Shown here: piece by piece, positions 19,591 to 27,200 of the stretch | Position numbering within the stretch: the stretch's first letter is position 1 | How the letters are laid out: every line of letters starts with the position of its first letter | Assembly: GCA_039937835.1 (NCBI GenBank) | Contig: JBDTFR010000101.1 | Coordinates: forward strand, 3,098-67,097 | Direction: 5' to 3' | Length of the DNA: 64,000 bases | Origin: Bacteroidia bacterium | Lineage (GTDB): Bacteria > Bacteroidota > Bacteroidia > 2-12-FULL-35-15 | Notes under the pieces: generated by a model | The model's input: only the letters and a program-made list of their open reading frames with translations | Databases searched by the model: none | What the model was told of the DNA's origin: nothing | Translations under genes and position numbers: made by a program

Positions 19591-20484
19591 TTATTTTTGA
19601 ACAATTATTTTTCCTGATTTTATTAAGTTACCAGCAACAGTAGAAACCGAATAAAAATACATACCGTTTTTATATTCGTTTAAATAAATAGTAGTTGATT
19701 GATCAGTAATTAATTGTTGAGTCATGGTACGACCAGTAACATCATAAATTACAAGAGTAGCTTTTTCCATTTCAGGATTTTTTACCATTACAAAATCATT
19801 AGTAGGGTTTGGTCCTATCGTTACGTTAACAGATGTTAATTGCTTAACCCCAGTAACTTTTGTAATAAGATCTAAATCATCAACAAATAATGCACTATTT
19901 TCAAAGTGAACAGTTGCACTAGCACTAGAAGAAATAATACACAATGATTTTGCCACTGCATTTACTGATTTGTATATAAATGGTGCAGCAAAACGAACAT
20001 AAGCAGCAACCGTTGTTTTAGGGGTGTTAAAAGTTGCAATACCTACCGTGTCAGTGTCTCCTCCGGCACCCGTTAATATCATTTGAACAAAGCCATTGTC
20101 AGTACTTGCTGGAGTATATTTAAAATAACCAACAAGACTATCTGGGCGACCAGTGTAAGCAAGACCTCCTGTAATGGATTTTTTTATAGCATCAATATTA
20201 CCAGTAGAGGCAAGGCCATTTGCAATTTGCCCAGCAACATTTTTAGTAACTAACTTTAATGCAGCTGCGCCATTATGAAAATCGCCAACTGCTACTGCTT
20301 TAAAACAGGTAATAATACCAAATCCACCTGTAACTGTATTCAGTGTGTTCCATCCTGTGGGGATGTCATAAGCTGGCGTAGGGTTAACTGTCCATGCTTC
20401 AAATCCAGGGTTAGGTAAAGCCTGTGCAAATACAGTACTTGCAGAAATAGAAATAATAGAAATAATTGTAAATACTTTTTTCAT
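19591..20484 (-). CDS. T9SS-secreted surface protein, PCMD-like domain + type-A CTD (paralog A)
   Basis: Signal peptide MKKVFTIISIISISASTVFAQ. ALPNPGFEAW...PTGWNTLN, GLAYTGRPDSLVGYFKYTP and ISSSAS...FENSALFVDDLDL resemble the 'putative carbohydrate metabolism domain' family. The CTD is GPNPTNDFVMV...GMYFYSV...KIIVQK. Confidence 0.7.
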   Translation of the reverse strand: MKKVFTIISIISISASTVFAQALPNPGFEAWTVNPTPAYDIPTGWNTLNTVTGGFGIITCFKAVAVGDFHNGAAALKLVTKNVAGQIANGLASTGNIDAIKKSITGGLAYTGRPDSLVGYFKYTPASTDNGFVQMILTGAGGDTDTVGIATFNTPKTTVAAYVRFAAPFIYKSVNAVAKSLCIISSSASATVHFENSALFVDDLDLITKVTGVKQLTSVNVTIGPNPTNDFVMVKNPEMEKATLVIYDVTGRTMTQQLITDQSTTIYLNEYKNGMYFYSVSTVAGNLIKSGKIIVQK

Positions 20485-20531
20485 TGTTTTAGTTTTTTAG
20501 TTTAGATGCCAAAGGTAACAAATAAGATAAA

Positions 20532-20734
20532 TTATAAAGATTCTTTTTCTACCCAATCGCCATGTTTTTTTACTAACTCAATAAGTGCAACTATCGCTTT
20601 CTCAGTATGGAAGCGTTTCATTGTTTTTTATTAGGCCTGTAATCGTTATCAATAAAAAATTTAAAATAGGAGATTCTTTATCTGTTAGTGGAAATTCGTC
20701 AAAGGTGCATAAAGAGTAACAGCGAATTGACTGT
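20532..20734 (-). pseudogene. Two decayed fragments of ispG left by a segmental duplication
   Basis: 20532-20621 aligns with the 3' end of ispG (about 21820-21910) and would encode ...EKAIVALIELVKKHGDWVEKESL*, against EKAVDALIELIKKHGDWVEKESL* in the real gene. About 20637-20734 aligns at ~75% identity by eye with internal ispG sequence around 22470-22575. Confidence 0.8.
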
Positions 20735-20813
20735 AAATTTGATTACTTTATATTATAAATGTAAATATTGAAATTATATAAAAAATTTATATTTTTTATA
20801 TAAATATAAAACT

Positions 20814-20850
20814 AACAATGGCTGCTAATAAATAACTAGTAGCCATTGTT
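20814..20850 (-). terminator. Hairpin/terminator after the distal PCMD/T9SS gene
   Basis: AACAATGGCTGCTA...TAGTAGCCATTGTT is a 14-bp stem with one mismatch. It is homologous in position to the hairpin at 19541-19566. Confidence 0.45.
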
Positions 20851-20868
20851 AGTAGATTAAAATAAAAA

Positions 20869-21783
20869 TTATTTTTGAATAATTATTTTTCCTGATTTTA
20901 TTAAATTACCAGCTTCACTAGAAAGTGAATAAAAATACATACCGTTTTTATAATCGTTTAAATAAATAGTAGTTGATTGATCAGTAATTAATTGTTGAGT
21001 CATGGTATGACCAGTAACATCATAAATTACAAGAGTAGTTTTTTCCATTTCAGGATTTTTTACCATTACAAAATCTTGACTAGGGTTTGGTTCTACCGTT
21101 ACGTTAACGGATGTTAGTTGCTTAACCCCAGTAACTTTTGTAATAAGTTCTAAATCATCAATAAACAATGCACTATTTTCAAAGTGAACTGTTTCACTAG
21201 CGCTAGAAGAAATAATACACAATGAATTTACAACTGCATTCGCTGATTTATAAACAAAAGGCGCCTCAAAACGAATATAAGTATCAACTGCTTTATTTGG
21301 GGTATTAAAAGTTGCGATGCCTACCGTGTCAGTATCTCCTCCTGCACCGGTTAAAATCATTTTAACAAAACCATTGTCTGTACTTACTGGGGTATATTTA
21401 TAATAACCAACAATAAAATCTGGACGACCTGTATAAGCAATACCTTCTGAAATACTTTTGTCGAAAGAATTAACACTGCCTGTAGTGGCAATGCCATTCG
21501 TAATCTCTCCAACCATTATTTTAGTAACTAGCTTTAAGGCAGCAGCTCCTTTATGAACATCGCCAACTGCCGTTGCTCTTATACAAGTTAATGGCGCATT
21601 GAAAATATCTGAATGAATATTTAGGGTACTCCAGTAATTTGGCCACTCCCCATACTCTCCTCTACCTGTTGCAAATCCTGAAGCACTTCCCCAATATTCA
21701 AAACCATTGTTGGGTAACGCTTGCGCAAATGTAGCACTTGCAGAAATAGAAATAATAGAAATAATTGTAAATACTTTTTTCAT
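20869..21783 (-). CDS. T9SS-secreted surface protein, PCMD-like domain + type-A CTD (paralog B)
   Basis: Its signal peptide and C-terminal two-thirds are near-identical to 19591-20484. It diverges mainly at residues ~25-70. Confidence 0.7.
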   Translation of the reverse strand: MKKVFTIISIISISASATFAQALPNNGFEYWGSASGFATGRGEYGEWPNYWSTLNIHSDIFNAPLTCIRATAVGDVHKGAAALKLVTKIMVGEITNGIATTGSVNSFDKSISEGIAYTGRPDFIVGYYKYTPVSTDNGFVKMILTGAGGDTDTVGIATFNTPNKAVDTYIRFEAPFVYKSANAVVNSLCIISSSASETVHFENSALFIDDLELITKVTGVKQLTSVNVTVEPNPSQDFVMVKNPEMEKTTLVIYDVTGHTMTQQLITDQSTTIYLNDYKNGMYFYSLSSEAGNLIKSGKIIIQK

Positions 21784-21819
21784 TGTTTTAGTTTTTTAGT
21801 TAAGATGGTAGAGGTAATA

Positions 21820-23799
21820 TTAGAGTGATTCTTTTTCCACCCAATCACCGTGTTTTTTTATTAACTCAATAAGTGCATCTACCGCTTTTTCAGAATTTAC
21901 ATTTCGTTCTACTACTTCTTTGCCTTTGTATAATGTTATTTTACCAATGCCCGTACCCACATAACCATAATCTGCATCAGCCATTTCACCTGGTCCGTTT
22001 ACAATACAGCCCATAATACCAATTTTTATTCCTTTCAGATGATCCGTACGGTTACGAATTTTTGCGGTGGTTTCTTGTAAATCAAATAATGTTCTTCCGC
22101 AAGATGGACAAGAAATATATTCTGTTTTTGAAATTCGAGTTCTCGTTGCTTGTAATATCCCAAATGCAGTTGCATTTATATTTTTAATGGTAACGCCATC
22201 GTTTTGGTGTACCCATATTCCATTGCCAAAACCATCTAATAACAATGCCCCAATATCTGTAGCGGCATGTAATTGAAATTGTTCTTCAGTTAATTTATTG
22301 TAGTTACGTTTAACAATTACTGGTAGGGTACATTTATTAGTTAATAACTCAATAAACATTCTTCGTTGCTCTGCCATGCCATGCGCATTGGAAGTTTCAA
22401 AAATAAATACAGTCTTTTTGTCTTGTGCTTTTTGTAAAAGCAGCTGAGATGTCTCTGCTGTTTTTAAAAGATCGCTAATTGTTATCAATACAAAATTTAA
22501 AACAGGAGATTCTTTATCTGCTAATAAATATTCGGCAGCGGTATATAAAGGATAACATCGAATTGTATTTTTTAATGTATGCCAAGTAGCAGCATTGTAT
22601 ATTAAACCTAAAGTTCCAGGAATTTCAAAATCAATAAGTTTATCGCCCATAAAAATATAGTCGCAAGCTTGGTCAGTTATATTCCATTTATCTAATGGCA
22701 CTGAATAGTTATAACCCACTGCAAAAAATGTTGCAGGCGTAATGGTTTGTTTATCACTAAAATCTGTTATTACTCTGGGCACTTCAGACCCACCAATATT
22801 TAACACCTGATGCGTTTCTCTTTTAATATAATCATAAGGAGAATAGGGTAGGATTATTTCATTCGTACTACCTACTATTTTTGATAGTTCAGGAATAGAT
22901 ACATGTTGTTCTCTATATCTGTAACGAGCTATTAATTCTTTGGCTACTGGTATTTCAAACTCAGGCTCTTCTGTTAATGAAACCCTTACGGTATCACCAA
23001 TCCCATCTTCTAATAAGCTGCCAATACCAACGGCGGATTTGATTCGCCCATCTTCGCCTTCACCCGCTTCGGTAACGCCTAAATGCAGCGGATAATTCAA
23101 GTTCGATTCCTGCATCTTTTGTATCAACAAGCGATAAGCTTGCACCATTACCTGTGGGTTACTGGCTTTCATGGAAAGCACAATGTTGTAATAATTATGG
23201 TCTTCACAAATGCGTAAAAACTCCAAGGCACTTTCTACCATTCCCAAAGGGGTGTCGCCATATCGACTTAATATACGATCACTCAAAGAACCATGATTAG
23301 TGCCAATACGCATGGCAGTTCCATATTCTTTACAAATTTTTACAAGTGGGGTAAATCGTTCACGAATGCGCTCTAATTCTGCTATGTAGGTAGCGTCCGT
23401 ATAATCATGCGATTCAAATTTTTTCTTATCAGCGTAATTACCTGGATTTACCCGAACCTTCTCCACGATGCGTGCTGCTAATTCTGCTGCATTTGGCGTA
23501 AAATGTATATCTGCAATTAAAGGAGTACTATAACCTCTTAATTTTAATTCTTTTTTTATTTCAAGTAAATTTTGAGCTTCTTTTATGCTGGGAGCAGTTA
23601 TTCGTACATATTCACAACCAGCATCTATCATTCGAATGCTCTGCTTAACCGTACCCAATGTATCCATCGTATCCGTAGTCGTCATTGACTGAATTCGAAT
23701 CGGGTTGTTTCCCCCTAAAGGAACATCGCCAATGGTTACTACACGTGTTTTGTATCTCGAATAATGCGTGAGACTGTTACAATAAAGTTGGTTTGTCAT
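21820..23799 (-). CDS. ispG: 4-hydroxy-3-methylbut-2-en-1-yl diphosphate synthase, long form with inserted domain
   Basis: 659 aa. NPIRIQSMT, RITAP, GTNHGSLS, PLHLGVTEAG, CPSCGRT and GCIVNGPGE (Fe-S ligands). The central insertion is typical of the Bacteroidota/Chlamydia/plant type. Confidence 0.93.
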   Translation of the reverse strand: MTNQLYCNSLTHYSRYKTRVVTIGDVPLGGNNPIRIQSMTTTDTMDTLGTVKQSIRMIDAGCEYVRITAPSIKEAQNLLEIKKELKLRGYSTPLIADIHFTPNAAELAARIVEKVRVNPGNYADKKKFESHDYTDATYIAELERIRERFTPLVKICKEYGTAMRIGTNHGSLSDRILSRYGDTPLGMVESALEFLRICEDHNYYNIVLSMKASNPQVMVQAYRLLIQKMQESNLNYPLHLGVTEAGEGEDGRIKSAVGIGSLLEDGIGDTVRVSLTEEPEFEIPVAKELIARYRYREQHVSIPELSKIVGSTNEIILPYSPYDYIKRETHQVLNIGGSEVPRVITDFSDKQTITPATFFAVGYNYSVPLDKWNITDQACDYIFMGDKLIDFEIPGTLGLIYNAATWHTLKNTIRCYPLYTAAEYLLADKESPVLNFVLITISDLLKTAETSQLLLQKAQDKKTVFIFETSNAHGMAEQRRMFIELLTNKCTLPVIVKRNYNKLTEEQFQLHAATDIGALLLDGFGNGIWVHQNDGVTIKNINATAFGILQATRTRISKTEYISCPSCGRTLFDLQETTAKIRNRTDHLKGIKIGIMGCIVNGPGEMADADYGYVGTGIGKITLYKGKEVVERNVNSEKAVDALIELIKKHGDWVEKESL

Positions 23800-23894
23800 G
23801 TGTTAAAAATGGACAGCAAAGGTACGATAAATGACATAAAAATGTCTTTTTTGAATTACTTATTCCAGTCAAAAAAATATTTATATTGCAACCC

Positions 23895-23917
23895 AACCTA
23901 TCCGTATTGGTTAACGT
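23895..23917 (+). promoter_or_regulatory. Possible ECF-type autoregulated promoter (AAC-N17-CGT)
   Basis: CAACC (23894-23898) then 17 nt then CGTA (23915-23918), about 40 nt upstream of the sigma-factor ATG. The motif is short and the call is weak. Confidence 0.2.
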
Positions 23918-23958
23918 ACTGTTAATAAATGGACTTTTTAATTACTTTTAGATAATAT

Positions 23959-24516
23959 ATGAACATCGAGTTCGATTTACTTACTGCCTGTATAAAACAT
24001 GAGCGTAAAGCAGAATATGAGCTTTATAAAATTACCTACCCGTATTTAATGAGTGTTTGTTTTAGATATACCAATTCAACTGAAAAAGCGGAAGAAATGC
24101 TAAATGAAGGATTTTTAAAAATATTAAAAAACTTAGAGAAGTATAAACCTGAAATACCTTTTAAAAATTGGATTAGGAGAGTGATGATCAATATTTTAAT
24201 TGATAACTACCGCAAAGAAAAAAAACACAATGAATCCCTTGAATATGTTGATCAATATTATGAAACAATTGATTATGCAGCACAAAATGAGGCTATTTCA
24301 AAAATGAATGCCGAACAAATTCATGTGTTAATATTAAAATTACCACCCATGAGTCAAAAAGTATTTAATCTTTTTGTTATTGATGGTTTTAGCCACAAAG
24401 AAATTGGTGAATTATTAAACATGTCAGAAGGAACTTCTAAGTGGCATTTAAATTTTTCTAGAAATAAGTTAAAAGAATTAATAACCAGTACACTTCCTAT
24501 AATAGCAATAAAATGA
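23959..24516 (+). CDS. ECF-family RNA polymerase sigma-70 factor
   Basis: 185 aa. Region 2 (FKNWIRRVMINILIDNYRKEKK) and the region 4 HTH (FVIDGFSHKEIGELLNMSEGTSKWHLNFSRNKLKEL). Confidence 0.88.
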   Translation: MNIEFDLLTACIKHERKAEYELYKITYPYLMSVCFRYTNSTEKAEEMLNEGFLKILKNLEKYKPEIPFKNWIRRVMINILIDNYRKEKKHNESLEYVDQYYETIDYAAQNEAISKMNAEQIHVLILKLPPMSQKVFNLFVIDGFSHKEIGELLNMSEGTSKWHLNFSRNKLKELITSTLPIIAIK

Positions 24517-25985
24517 GTACACAAGATGAATTTGAAGATTTAATTCGCAAAAAAATGGCTGAAAAGCAATTTGTTTTTAGCGAAAAAAATTGGGAAAAGG
24601 TAGAAAAGCAATTGGATACTAATAAACGCTCGAAAAAAATATTTTGGTGGAGCTTGCTGTTTATTGGTGGTATCATTAGCGGTATGTTTATCATGCTACC
24701 AGTTAATAGAAAATACAAAACAAATTTAACCAAACAGCAATCAGTTGAAAATACAGGAAAAGGAAATTTAAATACAAAAATAACAAGCAGTAAATCTGTA
24801 AACTTAAAAACAAATGCTGATAGTGATAATAAAAATAGTAGTGAAAATCCTTCAGAAATAAAAGGCAATATTATTGAAAATAAGCTGGATGCAGAAAATA
24901 AAAATCAATTAAATAATGAAAATAGAAATAATGAAAATAATACAGTTGAAAATAAAATAGTAATGAATACAACTAGTTCCGCAAGTCGATTAAACAAAAA
25001 AGAGAATAAAACGGAATTAGTAGATCAAAACATTATTAATTCAAAAGAAAATTTAAATGAGTTAAAAGAAAAAAAGAATGCATCTTCTTTAACTAGTAGC
25101 AACGAAACAACGAAATTAACTAACTCGGCTAACCATTTAAATAGTTCAAAAAAACGAAAAAAAGTAGCTGATAATAAAATTTTAAAACAAACGAATGATG
25201 TTGTTTCTGCTTTAACTATTCTTAAAGGGGTAGGCACTCCTTTATTGGGAATTGATGGTCTTGATCAACAAATAAAGTATCCTATTAAATCGTCGAAAAG
25301 TAAGTCACAGCATAAAATTAATGCAACAAGTAATAGTGGATTAGGAAGCAGTACCATATATAGTTTAGATGCGGGTACAAATTATGAAGTAGGATGGAAT
25401 TACAATGGAATAAAAGAGGCAAAAGGCTTTAACCCTATTTTAGGATTAGGAATAACTCATTTTTATAATTCAAAATGGTCTTTATTTATAGGTGCTCAGT
25501 ACGGAAGTATCGCTTATTTAAAAACAAGTGAGAAGAAATTTACAACTAAAAATTATAGCTTTGGTTACAATTATTCAGATACAATTATAGATACGAAATG
25601 GTTGCATTACGCAGTATTACCCTTAATGCTTCAATACCAGGTTAATAATAAAAATAGCTTCAGCATTGGGGGGTCAGTATCGTACTTAGTAAACTCAGTA
25701 AATACGATTTCTTATAATAAAAGAATTACCGACCCTAACCAAACTAATAATTCGTCAACTAATGGTAATAAAAAATTAACCAATGGTTATTATGCAAATG
25801 ATTTTAATCAGTGGGATGCATCATTAATGATGGGTTACAGAAGAAGACTTTCAAATAGATTTGATATTACTACCATTGTCAATTTTGGATTATTGGATAT
25901 AAAAAAGAATTTAAATGAAAATAAACGAGAACGAAACTCGGGAATAAAAATAATAATATCATATAACATATTTAATTCTAAATAA
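24513..25985 (+). CDS. Anti-sigma-like membrane protein with a long Asn/Lys/Ser-rich linker and a C-terminal porin-family beta-barrel domain
   Basis: Its start overlaps the sigma stop (ATGA at 24513-24516). It has a ~45-aa cytoplasmic N-terminus and one TM helix (IFWWSLLFIGGIISGMFIMLPV). A ~200-aa low-complexity N/K/S region follows. The C-terminal ~220 aa show alternating beta-strand patterns (HYAVLPLMLQYQV, SIGGSVSYLV, WDASLMMGYRRRL, GIKIIISYNIF), as in OMP_b-brl_2-type proteins. Confidence 0.7.
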   Translation: MSTQDEFEDLIRKKMAEKQFVFSEKNWEKVEKQLDTNKRSKKIFWWSLLFIGGIISGMFIMLPVNRKYKTNLTKQQSVENTGKGNLNTKITSSKSVNLKTNADSDNKNSSENPSEIKGNIIENKLDAENKNQLNNENRNNENNTVENKIVMNTTSSASRLNKKENKTELVDQNIINSKENLNELKEKKNASSLTSSNETTKLTNSANHLNSSKKRKKVADNKILKQTNDVVSALTILKGVGTPLLGIDGLDQQIKYPIKSSKSKSQHKINATSNSGLGSSTIYSLDAGTNYEVGWNYNGIKEAKGFNPILGLGITHFYNSKWSLFIGAQYGSIAYLKTSEKKFTTKNYSFGYNYSDTIIDTKWLHYAVLPLMLQYQVNNKNSFSIGGSVSYLVNSVNTISYNKRITDPNQTNNSSTNGNKKLTNGYYANDFNQWDASLMMGYRRRLSNRFDITTIVNFGLLDIKKNLNENKRERNSGIKIIISYNIFNSK

Positions 25986-25986
25986 A

Positions 25987-27102
25987 ATGAGTAGAATATT
26001 TTTTATAATGCTATTGAGTATTATTTTAATAGGAGGGTGTAAAAAAGAATATCCTAATGTTCCAGAAAATACAGATAAGCCTATTTTCTATTTTACTGGT
26101 AATGTTAATTATGTACCCGTAAAAATTGAAGCAGGGGTGAGTGATTATTATATGTATTCATATTATAAGCTAGATTCTAATAATATATATAATTTTTTCG
26201 GTAAGCTAAAACAGGTAAATTGTGTCAACTGCGACAATCAAATAAAATTTCAGATTAATGATTACATGGATAATAGTTCCGTAAAACCCGATATAAAAAA
26301 ATCATTTACTGAAAATTATTATTCGTTTTTATATTTACAAAAAGGCGTATCTACAAAATTCGACGCGGATTTTTATTTATCTCCTTCAAAAAATGACACT
26401 GCTAAATCCTATTTGTGGGACTTTGGAGATGGGTCAACGAGTAGTCTGCCGAGTAGTTCTCACACTTATTCTTATCCAGGTTACTATAATTTAAATTGCA
26501 CCGTTAGCTATTTAAGTAATTGTACAAGTAGTTATTCTACGAAACTAGTAGTAGGTATGGCCGATTCCGCTAGGGCATTTATTACTGTTGATTCGATTAT
26601 CGGCAATAACATAAGCCTGACGGCATCGGCGAATGGAAAGATAAAGAGCTATTTATGGGATTTTGGGGATGGGTCGGCTTATTCCACTTCTAGTATAGGT
26701 ACCCATACGTATGCTCAACCTGGTGCTTACAAAGTAATTTTGCAAACAACAGATTCTATTTTAGGTTCGGCAACAGTTTCAAAAAACATATCTACCCAAA
26801 ATTACAAGGGTTGTGCTACCAATTTTTTTTATAGTACAATTCCGATGTCAAATTCATTAGCGCTTTCAAATATTATTATCACTTGGACAGACAATTCGGG
26901 AATTGAATATACCTCAAATAAGGTAGTACAAACTTCGGGCAGTTATGTTAAAATTGTATCTGTAGAAGATTATTTAGATAATGAAAATAAGGAGCCCACT
27001 AAAAAAATACACATTCAATTTTCATGTGCTTTATCAAATGGCAGTAATAAAATAACTATTACTAATGGAGATGCAGTAATTGCAGTTTCTTACCCACGCT
27101 AA
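25987..27102 (+). CDS. Lipoprotein with two PKD domains
   Basis: Lipobox LIGGC. There are two YLWDFGDGS...H.Y..PG.Y motifs. It starts 1 nt after the preceding stop codon. Confidence 0.8.
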   Translation: MSRIFFIMLLSIILIGGCKKEYPNVPENTDKPIFYFTGNVNYVPVKIEAGVSDYYMYSYYKLDSNNIYNFFGKLKQVNCVNCDNQIKFQINDYMDNSSVKPDIKKSFTENYYSFLYLQKGVSTKFDADFYLSPSKNDTAKSYLWDFGDGSTSSLPSSSHTYSYPGYYNLNCTVSYLSNCTSSYSTKLVVGMADSARAFITVDSIIGNNISLTASANGKIKSYLWDFGDGSAYSTSSIGTHTYAQPGAYKVILQTTDSILGSATVSKNISTQNYKGCATNFFYSTIPMSNSLALSNIIITWTDNSGIEYTSNKVVQTSGSYVKIVSVEDYLDNENKEPTKKIHIQFSCALSNGSNKITITNGDAVIAVSYPR

Positions 27103-27200
27103 AATTTAAAATTATTTTTTAAAGCTCCCAACCTTTTTCGTTTTGCTTACGTGTTAGTATAGTAAGAGTAAATTAAAAATAAACTTAAATATAAAGCACG

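Noticed and set aside
24497-25237. Minus-strand ORFs 24497-24868 and 25025-25237
   Set aside because: They lie antisense to the Asn/Lys-rich linker of the anti-sigma-like gene, and the Phe/Leu-rich translation is the mirror of AAA/AAT codons.
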